From: an uncultured archaeon
Lineage (GTDB): Archaea; Altiarchaeota; Altiarchaeia; IMC4; SCGC-AAA252-I15
Assembly (NCBI GenBank): GCA_902384455.1
Contig: CABMCB010000103.1
Location: 1 to 33,607 of the forward strand
Direction of reading: 5' to 3'
Length of the DNA: 33,607 bases
In this document: positions 17,048 to 26,003 of the stretch, one piece after another
Layout: each line of letters begins with the position of its first letter
Position numbering within the stretch: position 1 is the first letter of the stretch
Program-made: the position numbers and the translations under genes
The notes under the pieces: generated by a model
The model's database searches: none
Told to the model about the DNA's origin: nothing
Seen by the model: only the letters and a program-made list of their open reading frames with translations

Positions 17048-18322
17048 TTACGGCTCTGTTCGCGCAGTAATCTCTCCAGCTACGGGGGAAACAAGCATAT
17101 TAGAGGCCGCTTTTACATCGCCCACCTGAGAGAGAACCCACATCAACTTCACGTAAGCCACCTCAGACAGCATATTCTCGCAATAAACGACGCCCATACT
17201 ACTTAGTTTGCGCAGATTTGAGTAAACGTGAGGATGAACCCGCCCATAAAGGCACTGCGTAGTCATAGCAAGAAGCATGCCAGATTCAACAGCCCGTTCT
17301 ATCCCGGGGATAATGTTGTTCTCGCTGTTTGTCGGCACATGACCCAACGCTGTGCCCTCTATCACTATACCGCGATAACCCTTATCAACAAAGTAATCTA
17401 TCGCGTCCGCCGGCATGCCGGGATAAACCTTAAGCAACCCCACCTTCTCCTCAAACCCGCCCTTTACATCAGGCAGACTGTTATCACGGACCTTATGCTT
17501 GCCGTTTAAGACGTGTATTTTACCGTCGATCGTTATTCTCGCCAACGGAGCGTCGTTTATGCTCTGGAAAGCATCCCGCCTGCTTGTGTGCATCTTCCTT
17601 ACATTCACCCCCCTGTGCGCAAGACACGCTCCGTCTGTCATGTTCTCATGCATAACAAGAGAAACGCCCGCAATAGGCCCCCCGGCGAACACTGCCGAAC
17701 AAAACAGGTTTAGGAACGAGTCGCTGCTGCCGCGGTCGCTCGACCTCTGGCTACCGGTAAATACGACAGGCTTGCCTAGACCGGACAAGAGAAAGGACAA
17801 CGCAGCAGTGCTGAAATGCATAGTATCCGTCCCATGAGTCACGATAACACCGTCCGAATCACTTAGCGCATCGACGACAGCATCCGCCATTTGAACCCAT
17901 TTCTTAGGAGTCATGTCCTCAGACATAACATTCATAACAGCCTTCGCAGACAAGTTAGCATGCTCTGATATTTCAGGCACAGCAGCCACCAAATCTTCAG
18001 CAGTCACCGCCGCAGAGACACCGCCGGTTTGATAATCCACCCGCGAAGATATTGTCCCCCCCGTCGATAAAACGGCAACGGTCGGCAGTTTATTTGATGT
18101 TTTAATCGACTCTCTACGAGGGGGGGATGTAGGAACGTGGCGAGAAACCACGTCCATGCTAAGAATCCTCTTTCTGTCCACGCCCATATTGTATCCGGAA
18201 CTGAGTTTCAGGGTTATGAAATCGGAAGAAAGCAGCTCCGGACGCTCCATCCACACGCCTTCAACCACTCCATCAGGCGTGACTATTTTTACTTTATCTC
18301 CTGGCAGAGGTTTATCAGACAT
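17048..18322 (-). CDS. gatD: Glutamyl-tRNA(Gln) amidotransferase subunit D
   Basis: LKLSSGYNMG N-domain, STGGTISSRVDY.TG, HGTDTM, GSQRSSDRGSSD, RKMHTSRRDAF. Confidence 0.96.
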   Translation of the reverse strand: MSDKPLPGDKVKIVTPDGVVEGVWMERPELLSSDFITLKLSSGYNMGVDRKRILSMDVVSRHVPTSPPRRESIKTSNKLPTVAVLSTGGTISSRVDYQTGGVSAAVTAEDLVAAVPEISEHANLSAKAVMNVMSEDMTPKKWVQMADAVVDALSDSDGVIVTHGTDTMHFSTAALSFLLSGLGKPVVFTGSQRSSDRGSSDSFLNLFCSAVFAGGPIAGVSLVMHENMTDGACLAHRGVNVRKMHTSRRDAFQSINDAPLARITIDGKIHVLNGKHKVRDNSLPDVKGGFEEKVGLLKVYPGMPADAIDYFVDKGYRGIVIEGTALGHVPTNSENNIIPGIERAVESGMLLAMTTQCLYGRVHPHVYSNLRKLSSMGVVYCENMLSEVAYVKLMWVLSQVGDVKAASNMLVSPVAGEITARTEP

Positions 18323-18433
18323 CGTAACTTAATGAAAAGGCAGTTTGCCAGCAGTATTTTTGATTTAAGGGGATAAAAGGGAGGAGTAGACCGTAACTTC
18401 CTTTATATAGCCATCTTAACCTGTATATTAGAC

Positions 18434-18586
18434 ATGGTCAAAAAATGCGCAAGCTTCGGCACAGAAGTCCTAAAGGATTATGTGGAATTCCCGTGCCCAG
18501 CATGCGGAGAGGTCATAGTCCGCAGCAGCCCTGCCCGAGCACTCGCGGCAAAATACTCCTGCAAATGCGGATTCACAGGCCCATAA
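18434..18586 (+). CDS. 50-aa zinc-finger protein, DUF1610/HVO_2753 family, not in the ORF track
   Basis: My translation: MVKKCASFGTEVLKDYVEFPCPACGEVIVRSSPARALAAKYSCKCGFTGP; FPCP.CG and CGF.GP hallmarks; TTTATATA box upstream. Confidence 0.85.
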   Translation: MVKKCASFGTEVLKDYVEFPCPACGEVIVRSSPARALAAKYSCKCGFTGP

Positions 18587-18587
18587 C

Positions 18588-19169
18588 ATGAACCGGCGGA
18601 CTGTAGATCCCGCACACCCGGACGAAAGGGCTATAAAGGAAGTCGCCGAGGCTATTTCTAAAGGAGAACTCGCAGTATACCCGACAGACACACTGTACGG
18701 ACTGGGCGGCCTAGCCACGTCCTTTAATGTAGTATCAAGGGTATTTCAGGTAAAGGGGCGAGGAGCGAATAAGCCGCTGACTGTTGCGTGCGATTCTATA
18801 GGCATGGTAGCGGAATACGCAGAGCTCTCAAACGACGATGCCGAATTTATGAAAAAACACGCAATTGAACCTTACACGTTTATCTTGCGGCGCAGAAACA
18901 ACTCGTTGAAAGACGTCGCTTTAGGCGGACAAACCGTGGGTTTTAGGATTCCTGCGCACCCAGTAGCCATCGCCCTCGTGAAAGCAGTTAAATCACCCAT
19001 AACCGCAACAAGCGCCAACAAAAGCGGAGCGCCCCCGACAGCAGACCCAACACAGGTGGATGAACGCGTTATTAGAGATGTTGAATGGTTTTTGGATGCG
19101 GGACGTTGCCCGGTCGGACGACCGTCTACTCTTGTAGATATGACGGAGGGTAGACGGATTCTTCGCTAG
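18588..19169 (+). CDS. tsaC: Threonylcarbamoyl-AMP synthase (short TsaC/YrdC form, no SUA5 domain)
   Basis: YPTDTLYGLG, KGR...KPL, GFRIP, TATSANKSG, PSTLVD. Confidence 0.92.
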   Translation: MNRRTVDPAHPDERAIKEVAEAISKGELAVYPTDTLYGLGGLATSFNVVSRVFQVKGRGANKPLTVACDSIGMVAEYAELSNDDAEFMKKHAIEPYTFILRRRNNSLKDVALGGQTVGFRIPAHPVAIALVKAVKSPITATSANKSGAPPTADPTQVDERVIRDVEWFLDAGRCPVGRPSTLVDMTEGRRILR

Positions 19170-19485
19170 TTTTTTTGCGTAACTGCGTTGAGACCCACTT
19201 TAGGTAGTTTTTACTTCCTTTTTCTACAGGGAGTGCGTAGATGGCGGGAAGCGCATATGGATGCTCGTTTAGGAGTAGTTCCTCTATTTTTTTGTATCTG
19301 GCAGATTCGGTTTTACATAAGAGGACGTATTCTTTTTCTTCTGCTATTTTTGGGCCCCATTTGTAAACGCTTTCTGCAGGGAGGATGTTTACGCAAGAGG
19401 ACAGACGTTCGCATACTAATAGTCTCGCTAGACGCCGCGCATCCTTTTTCGATGCAACAGACGTTACTACAAGCAGGTACCTCAT
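19126..19485 (-). CDS. cutA: Divalent-cation tolerance protein CutA
   Basis: LSSCVNI, SVYKW, EEKEY, HPYALPAI, YLKWV. Confidence 0.92.
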   Translation of the reverse strand: MRYLLVVTSVASKKDARRLARLLVCERLSSCVNILPAESVYKWGPKIAEEKEYVLLCKTESARYKKIEELLLNEHPYALPAIYALPVEKGSKNYLKWVSTQLRKKTSEESVYPPSYLQE

Positions 19486-20318
19486 GGAAGTATTGACAGG
19501 TGTATTTGAACTCGAGGCGGATGCAGTATGGAGGAGGTGGACAATACATCTGCTCCTGCCGCTGCATACTTCTTTGCGTTTTCGCGCGATATTCCTCCGC
19601 TGACTTCCAGGATAATTTTATTTCTGAATCCTTTCCTAGCCAGCAGACTGCTTGTTTCCTTGATCTTTTGAGGCGGCTGATTGTCGATTAGAATCAAATC
19701 AGCGCCTGCTGTAGCCGCCTCAACCGCTTGTTGGGGTGTTTCCACTTCTACGCCGATTTTCTGCGTGAAAGACGCATCCTTACATGCTTTCTCGACAGCT
19801 GCTCGGACGGAGGAGAACAACGCTATGTGATTATTTTTTAATAGAATCATGTGACTTAGAGTTAACCGATGAGGGTCCCCCCCGCCGGTGCGGACTGCTT
19901 TTTTAGACAGCGTTTTGAATCCGGGTGTTGTTTTCCGGGTGGCGGCTATTTGAATCGTTGGGTTGCCTTCTTTGGCTAAAGAACGCAGTTTGTGCGTTTC
20001 TGTGGCTATGGAACTCATTTCTATCAGGATGTTGAGTATTGTGCGCTCCAGAGTCAATATGCTGTGACTATCTCCTTTGATTTCCATTAAAATTCGTCCG
20101 GGTTTTACTTTTTCCCCGTCTTTTGCTTTGCTTACGGCTTTAAGACAGGTTAAATCTACGAGCCGCATAGCCTCTTGTATGCCGGAAACAACCAACTCAG
20201 ACTGCGCGATTACATGTGCTGTGACTTGTTTGTGGGGAACCAGGTCTGATGTGGGGTCGCCTAGCGACGCGTCCTCCATCAGGTAACGCCTCAGTAGATT
20301 GTCGAGTGCGGTGTTCAT
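19482..20318 (-). CDS. nadC: Quinolinate phosphoribosyltransferase (nicotinate-nucleotide pyrophosphorylase)
   Basis: ERTILN, ATRKTTPG, GGGDPHR, LKNNH, VEVE, ILIDN, EVSGGI. Confidence 0.92.
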   Translation of the reverse strand: MNTALDNLLRRYLMEDASLGDPTSDLVPHKQVTAHVIAQSELVVSGIQEAMRLVDLTCLKAVSKAKDGEKVKPGRILMEIKGDSHSILTLERTILNILIEMSSIATETHKLRSLAKEGNPTIQIAATRKTTPGFKTLSKKAVRTGGGDPHRLTLSHMILLKNNHIALFSSVRAAVEKACKDASFTQKIGVEVETPQQAVEAATAGADLILIDNQPPQKIKETSSLLARKGFRNKIILEVSGGISRENAKKYAAAGADVLSTSSILHPPRVQIHLSILP

Positions 20319-21142
20319 TTTTTATGTGCGGCCGAAAATAGGCGGTTGTATGCTGCGTGTTTGTCGCGTGCGTGTGAGTCGAAGCGGACGAATTGCGCGT
20401 CTTTTTTGTGGCGCGTTATTTTTATCTCGCTGTGGGGCTCGAGTTCTTGTAGCACGTTGCTGTCGGCGACTAAGCAGGCTCGTTTGTTTGGTCGTATTAA
20501 TCGGACTGTTATTTGCGCGGTATCTGGCACTACGATTGGGCTGTGACTTCGTAGGAAGGGGCTTATGGGGGTTATGACGAAGGCGTGTGTGTCGGGGTGT
20601 AGTATTGGTCCGCCTTGACTTAGGTTGTAGCCGGTTGAGCCTGTGGGCGTGCTTATTAGCAGGCCGTCTGCTCTTAGATTTGCGATGGGGTAGTCGTTGA
20701 GGGTTATGTAGAATTCGAGCAGGCTTGCTGATTTTTTTGGGTGTATGCTGATTTCGTTGAGGGCTGTTTTGTTTGGGGGGGTGGTTAGGCGCGTGCGTTT
20801 GTCTATTGTGTAGTTGCCGGATAGGAGGTTTTTTATTCCGTTTTCTATGTTTTTTGGGGCGAGTTCGTTTAGGTAGCCGACTCTGCCGGTGTTTATTCCT
20901 AGGATTAGGGGGTTGTTTCGTATGGATTGGAGGACAGAGAGTAATGTTCCGTCTCCTCCGACGGAGAACAGTATGTCACATTCAAGTTCTGGCAGGGGTG
21001 TTCCTTTTTTCCCTATTTTTTTTGCGGCGGTTTTTGAGAATAAGACGGTGAAATGCGGTTCAAGCAGGGCGTTTAGTGTTTTTAGGAGTTTTATGTTTTT
21101 TAGGTCTGGGTTTGTAGCTACGCCCACTGTCCGGATTTTCAT
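20315..21142 (-). CDS. nadK: NAD(+) kinase
   Basis: GGDGTLL, GINTGRVGYL, LNE, ADGLLISTPTGSTGYNLSQGGP; likely start is MKIRTVG at 21142. Confidence 0.93.
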   Translation of the reverse strand: MKIRTVGVATNPDLKNIKLLKTLNALLEPHFTVLFSKTAAKKIGKKGTPLPELECDILFSVGGDGTLLSVLQSIRNNPLILGINTGRVGYLNELAPKNIENGIKNLLSGNYTIDKRTRLTTPPNKTALNEISIHPKKSASLLEFYITLNDYPIANLRADGLLISTPTGSTGYNLSQGGPILHPDTHAFVITPISPFLRSHSPIVVPDTAQITVRLIRPNKRACLVADSNVLQELEPHSEIKITRHKKDAQFVRFDSHARDKHAAYNRLFSAAHKK

Positions 21143-21161
21143 GGGGCGCCGCAGTAAGGGT

Positions 21162-21431
21162 TTATTTTGCTGGTTGTTTGGGCGCAGCAGGCCCTTTTTG
21201 GACCAGGACGATGTCACCAACTTCTATTACGTCGGAGTATGCTATGCTTTCGTATTGGAGTATCTTCTTTACTTCATCTCCTGGCAGCACTCCGCCTTTG
21301 AATGGCCTAAGCGAGAGGCGCATTACTTCTCCTTTTTCCAGGTTTAGTATTATGTCTTCTGTTTTGCCTAAGTATGCTCCTTTTGCGGAGTAGATGTCCA
21401 TCCCGTATAGTTCAGATAATCTTTTTGCCAT
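21162..21431 (-). CDS. PRC-barrel domain protein (CdpB-like cell-division family)
   Basis: LSELYGMDIYSAKGAYLGKTEDIILN and IAYSDVIEVGDIVLV; GAGGA SD. Confidence 0.85.
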   Translation of the reverse strand: MAKRLSELYGMDIYSAKGAYLGKTEDIILNLEKGEVMRLSLRPFKGGVLPGDEVKKILQYESIAYSDVIEVGDIVLVQKGPAAPKQPAK

Positions 21432-21643
21432 GTTGAGTCCTCGGGGGTAAGAGTATGTAGTTTATTGGGTGGGGGATTTATAAATGTCTTTTGGCGGTGT
21501 TAATTGGTGTGTTTGTTGGTTTTAGGTTTTGTTTATGTGACACCCCCCTCACTTCCTGTATTTAGGAGGGCAGCAGGGCAGAAGAAGAAAAGAGTTTAGG
21601 CACTACAAAAAAAGGGGTTGCGCCATCCATAAAAATAAAAATT

Positions 21644-21928
21644 TTAGTGTACAGTTAATGTTCCGTTGCGGCCTGCGCTAACTTGCAGTTCACCGCGGTA
21701 CTCTTTGACCCATCCGTTTTCTATTGTGATTTTATCTCCCGCGTTAACTTTTTCTATTTCATCGTTCCAAAGGGAGAGTTTAGCAGTTCCTGTTTTATCC
21801 TTAATAACAGCAGAAGACACCCTACCACTACCTCTGAAGGTAGTGAATTCTCTGGGATCGTCTTTACTAATCACTTCAACATCAAGTTTATCAACTGTGC
21901 TGTTCGGTTTCAAATCTGTAATGTTCAT
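21644..21928 (-). CDS. Single-OB-fold single-stranded DNA-binding protein (SSB/RPA-like)
   Basis: ITDLKP, IKDKTG, LSLWN, GDKITIENGWVKEYRGELQV; start MNITDLK at 21928. Confidence 0.88.
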   Translation of the reverse strand: MNITDLKPNSTVDKLDVEVISKDDPREFTTFRGSGRVSSAVIKDKTGTAKLSLWNDEIEKVNAGDKITIENGWVKEYRGELQVSAGRNGTLTVH

Positions 21929-22009
21929 TTTGAATGCCCGTTTGTCCGAGCGTATAGATAACGTAGAAAAGAACATAAAAAAGACGCGTTTTTAAATTAG
22001 CTGGCAGTA

Positions 22010-22951
22010 ATGAAGGAGTACATGGCTAAACACTCAGTTATTGACGTCCATATGAACGGCTCAACAACCCTCGAAGAGTGTTTAAAAAACAGCGCAGCAT
22101 TGGGTTTTCAAGCCACGAATTTAGATAATGCCGCGCAGTTGCTGCGACGCATGAGTGAGGAAAACTGTACCACATTCCTAACGTTCACTGGGAACCTCAT
22201 GGCAACCGGCCTGAGAGGCACGTTTATAGATTTAGTTAAAAGCGGTTTTGTTGATGTTGTTGTTACTACAGGCGGCGCGATAGACCATGACATTATACGA
22301 TGTTTTGAAGAGTATCCCCTAGGTGATTTTAATCTAGACGACGTCGAACTACATAAAAAAAACATAAATCGGATAGGCAACATACTAGTACCAAACAAAT
22401 GCTATGAAAGATTAGAAAAAGCGCTGCAGCCGTGGCTCCTGAAAGCATATAAAAAAAACAAAATAACAAATCCCAGAGACTTCATTCAATTGGTTGGTGA
22501 AGAACTGAAGAGAAAAGGAAAGAAGGACAGTTTCATAGTCTCTTGTTTAGATGCAGGCGTGCCCATATTCTCCCCTGGATTAATAGACTCTGCAATCGGC
22601 CTACAGATGTTTATGTTCAAACAAAATCACCGTGATTTTTCGCTGGATGTCACGGGGGACATGCAGGCGATTTTTGATTTGGTTTTTGAATCGGAAAGAA
22701 CCGGCGCGTTAATTGTTGGTGGTGGAATTTCAAAGCATTATACGTTGGGTGTAAACCTCTTGCGGGGTGGTTTGGATTATAGTGTGTATGTGACAACTGC
22801 TGCGGAGTATGATGGGTCTCTTTCTGGTGCTGCACCAAAGGAGGCTAAGTCGTGGGGTAAGTTGAAGGAGCGTGGTCAATCGGCGGTTGTTTATGGTGAC
22901 GCGACTATTTTACTTCCTATTTTGAGTTCGGCAGTACTCAAAAAACAATAG
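22010..22951 (+). CDS. dys: Deoxyhypusine synthase
   Basis: GFQATN, TGNLMATGLR, TTGGAIDHD, NRIGN, GGGISKH, DGSLSGA..KEAKSWGK, GDATI. Confidence 0.95.
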   Translation: MKEYMAKHSVIDVHMNGSTTLEECLKNSAALGFQATNLDNAAQLLRRMSEENCTTFLTFTGNLMATGLRGTFIDLVKSGFVDVVVTTGGAIDHDIIRCFEEYPLGDFNLDDVELHKKNINRIGNILVPNKCYERLEKALQPWLLKAYKKNKITNPRDFIQLVGEELKRKGKKDSFIVSCLDAGVPIFSPGLIDSAIGLQMFMFKQNHRDFSLDVTGDMQAIFDLVFESERTGALIVGGGISKHYTLGVNLLRGGLDYSVYVTTAAEYDGSLSGAAPKEAKSWGKLKERGQSAVVYGDATILLPILSSAVLKKQ

Positions 22952-22987
22952 GACGTATGAACGTGTTTTATTACTCTTCTTCTTACG

Positions 22988-23977
22988 TTACACGTCCTTC
23001 TTCTCTTCTTCTTTATGGGTGTGTTTTTCTTCTTTATTTTTTCCGTCGGTCACGGCTTCTCTTATCGCTTCCACTCCGCTCATAAGCCGCGTCAGTTCAA
23101 GAGGCATGAAAACTTTTGTGGCTTTTCCTTCAGCTATTTTTTCCAATGCACCTATGTACTTAAAAGCCAGAACGTCTTCTGTCGCCTTCCCTTCATGTAT
23201 CCCCTTGAAAACGCTTTGTATCGCCTCGGACTCGCCCTGAGCCAAAGTGACCTGCTTGTACCTCTCCGCGTCCGCAATCTTCCTTATGGCATGCGCGCGG
23301 CCGTCTGCGTCTAGCATGTCTGCTTGTCTTTTTCCTTCAGCTTTTAGTATTTCTGATTGACGGTATCCTTCTGCTTCTAATACGGCCGCTCTTTTGGTGC
23401 GTTCGGCTTTCATTTGCATGCCCATTGCTTCAGTTATGTCTTTTGGGGGTTCTATGTGTTCTAGTTCTACGCGGGTTATTTGTACGCCCCATCTGTTTGC
23501 GACGTCGTCTAGTTGTTGTCTTAATGCGGTGTTCATGCGTTCTCTTAGTGTGAGTGTTTCGTCTAGTGATAGGCTGCCTACTAGTTGGCGGAGGTTTGTG
23601 AGCGCTAGTTTCGCTACTGCGTCTTCGAATACGCTTACGTTGTAGACTACTTTGAATGGGTCTGTTACTCTGAAGTACACTATTGCGTCGACCATGATTT
23701 TGACGTTGTCTTTTGTTATTACGTCCTGTGGGGGTATGTCGATTAGGCTTTCTCTCATATCCACTCTCTGGATGCGTTCGGCGTACGGTAGGAGAAGTGC
23801 AAGTCCGGGTCCTGTTGCTCGGTTGTATTTTCCGAAGCGTTCTATTATTCCTCTTTCAAAAGGTCGGACGATGTATATTGATTTGTATCCGAGTAGGGCA
23901 GCTAGAAGTATAATTCCGGCACTTATTATGATGGTGGTCATGCCTCCTATGTCTATTAGTGCGGCGTCTGCCATCAT
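22988..23977 (-). CDS. SPFH/stomatin-family (QmcA-like) membrane scaffold protein
   Basis: N-terminal TM, ERFGKY, PPQDVITKDNV, WGVQITRVE, QMKAER.KRA coiled coil. Confidence 0.93.
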   Translation of the reverse strand: MMADAALIDIGGMTTIIISAGIILLAALLGYKSIYIVRPFERGIIERFGKYNRATGPGLALLLPYAERIQRVDMRESLIDIPPQDVITKDNVKIMVDAIVYFRVTDPFKVVYNVSVFEDAVAKLALTNLRQLVGSLSLDETLTLRERMNTALRQQLDDVANRWGVQITRVELEHIEPPKDITEAMGMQMKAERTKRAAVLEAEGYRQSEILKAEGKRQADMLDADGRAHAIRKIADAERYKQVTLAQGESEAIQSVFKGIHEGKATEDVLAFKYIGALEKIAEGKATKVFMPLELTRLMSGVEAIREAVTDGKNKEEKHTHKEEEKKDV

Positions 23978-24186
23978 TTACTCTTAGGGGGCGCAGTATT
24001 AAATTGGGTTACTCTGCTTTGTGTGTGGTGCTGCTTCTCCCGTATGTTATTTCGCAGCAGGCAGTTCTGTAGTGCCTATTTTTTTTATGGCGTCTTCCGT
24101 CCCTAAGCATAGTGCCTAAACCGTTCCTGTTTGGCGCCAACTAACACCAGAATACCGGAAGTAACCCCCCTCCATCAACGGGGAAT

Positions 24187-25602
24187 TTAGACGTAACTGC
24201 TGCCTAAGGAACGTTTATTGCTCGTTCTCCCCCTATCCTTATCCATACCCGACCAAACAGAACCGTACTGGTCCTCAAGCTGCGCTTCAATACTCTTCGA
24301 TTCCTCAACACTCTTCTTCATATGTTTTGCCTCAATTAAGAGGGCATTATCCGCCTTTGCTATGTCCCCCGCAACCCTCACAATACCCCCCAAATCCCTT
24401 AAGCGCAAACTTAACGCATTTCTTACGTCATCAATATCCTTGGCCCGCCTACGCGCCTCGTTCAAAAATACGTCAAACGCTTCTATCGTGGCGTGAGGTA
24501 TCTTGCCGTCCGAGCGTATTTCCTGTGCTACGAAACGGAGTAACTGCTGCCTGTTCTCTTCAGTGTCCGGCAGAGAAACATCCAAAAGCACCTCATAACC
24601 GTTGCCGATTATCCTGCTGCGCAGGGGCGGAAGAATGTTCTCCACCCACCGGATGTTGCACGCTCCAACAAACAAGAATCTACAGGGGACATCATCAACC
24701 CTCACACTCGCGCCACTTGATTGCGGATTCCGGCCTACAATCGGGAACTTATTGTTCTGCATGGCCGTCAGAATAAAATGCTGTAGGCTGCCAAGGTGCG
24801 GGAGTTCGTCAATGAATAATATACCTTCATGTGCCTCGTGGATTGCTCCCGGAACAACGCGTAAATACGCTGGCGTGCCAATGTCCGGGTGGCTGCCGTA
24901 CGGGTCATGCCGTACGTCCCCCAGCAATTCTGTTTCAGATGCGCCAGTGGCCTGAATCATTTGGGGTCTGTCAAAAGGCACTATTATGTGCGTTTTCTTC
25001 TCCCCCCCCTTAATCTCGCTGATGGAGGACGCGTGCATACGTCGAATCTTCTCCCCCTCTCGCCGGTACACGAAGTCGTTCGTTCTTTGGGTTAGCACGG
25101 CCTCTGTTGTGACGATGCTTCCATTGGGTGGCGTGTCCACAACCCATCCTCCAGCAAGATCTTCCGTGATGTACTTTGCTGTGCCGCATAGCGGGCAAAT
25201 TAATTCGTCAGGGGGGCTTGCTTCCCCGCAGGTGGCGCATCTGAACCCAAGCCTTTCTGCTACGATTACCGGCACATCTAACGGCGACATAAAAAACTCT
25301 TGCCCTTCTTTTTTACTCGGTTTTTTTGGGCCGTGTCTTTCTTCAATTTCTATTGTTGGCCTGTTGGGGTTTGCCGGGTTATGAACGATAAGAATTTGTT
25401 GTCTGGGTTTGGGCAGGCGGCATGCTATTGCTTGAGCTATAAGGCTTTTGCCCGTGCCGGGGGCTCCTACTAATAAGAGATGGCGGTGCTGACTGACTGC
25501 AGTGAGTGCCTTCTCAACGGCGGTGCGTTGCCCTACAATCCTCTGTAATGGGTCCTCTGGCACCGGAACCTCTACAGTAGATGAAATTTCGTCTAGCCGC
25601 AT
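24187..25602 (-). CDS. Archaeal LonB-type AAA+ ATPase lacking the protease domain, with a Zn-ribbon insert
   Basis: Walker A GAPGTGKS, LLGDVRHDP, PGAIHEAHEGILFIDE, PLRSRIIGNGYEV, LRLRDLGG; CATC...CPLC insert; ends before any S16 domain. Confidence 0.88.
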   Translation of the reverse strand: MRLDEISSTVEVPVPEDPLQRIVGQRTAVEKALTAVSQHRHLLLVGAPGTGKSLIAQAIACRLPKPRQQILIVHNPANPNRPTIEIEERHGPKKPSKKEGQEFFMSPLDVPVIVAERLGFRCATCGEASPPDELICPLCGTAKYITEDLAGGWVVDTPPNGSIVTTEAVLTQRTNDFVYRREGEKIRRMHASSISEIKGGEKKTHIIVPFDRPQMIQATGASETELLGDVRHDPYGSHPDIGTPAYLRVVPGAIHEAHEGILFIDELPHLGSLQHFILTAMQNNKFPIVGRNPQSSGASVRVDDVPCRFLFVGACNIRWVENILPPLRSRIIGNGYEVLLDVSLPDTEENRQQLLRFVAQEIRSDGKIPHATIEAFDVFLNEARRRAKDIDDVRNALSLRLRDLGGIVRVAGDIAKADNALLIEAKHMKKSVEESKSIEAQLEDQYGSVWSGMDKDRGRTSNKRSLGSSYV

Positions 25603-25639
25603 ACATAATCTAAGGGCGCGTCCTTGTTAAAAAGAAGCG

Positions 25640-25999
25640 TCACTTGCTTGCGAGCACTTCGCTTTCGCCGTGAAATTCCTCCGAATCGAGCGTGCCATCA
25701 TGAGGTATGTCGTTTATGAACGTAATTTTCTTCACGACTATCCATAGCGGCTGGCCTCCTTTGGCGGGTTCTATTTTGGCTTCCAGTTCTGCGTCGGTCT
25801 CTTTATGGATGTTCCATTGGGGTATAAGGCTTTTCTCTGTTATGCTGCCGGTAATTACTCCGTAGCAGCTGTTTTTTTCGTTTGTTTGCTCTAATCCGAC
25901 TGCTTGGAATATCAGGTTGAGTGAGTCTGCCTTTCCGATTTGTGTTCCGTTAGCCTTTATTGTGCCTGTTCCGCGGTAGACAAGCGTTCTGTCTATCAT
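25640..25999 (-). CDS. Hypothetical beta-rich protein (119 aa)
   Basis: Fills the gap between dnaG (4 bp away) and the Lon-like gene on the same strand; ordinary globular composition. Confidence 0.7.
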   Translation of the reverse strand: MIDRTLVYRGTGTIKANGTQIGKADSLNLIFQAVGLEQTNEKNSCYGVITGSITEKSLIPQWNIHKETDAELEAKIEPAKGGQPLWIVVKKITFINDIPHDGTLDSEEFHGESEVLASK

Positions 26000-26003
26000 G
26001 GCG

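Noticed and set aside
19126-19169. 44-bp convergent overlap between tsaC and cutA
   Set aside because: Short 3' overlaps of convergent genes are common in compact archaeal genomes (also at 2540-2543 and 13918-13928)
21432-21643. Intergenic region examined for a tRNA or small ORF
   Set aside because: No cloverleaf or T-loop motif and no credible ORF; only a TATA-like TTTATAAA, T/A tracts and the TAGGCACTA motif reported separately
24045-24175. Minus-strand reading MEGGYFRYSGVSWRQTGTV*ALCLGTEDAIKK with an in-frame TAG (readthrough or pseudogene)
   Set aside because: Short, no recognisable homology, and TAG serves as a normal stop for several genes in this window
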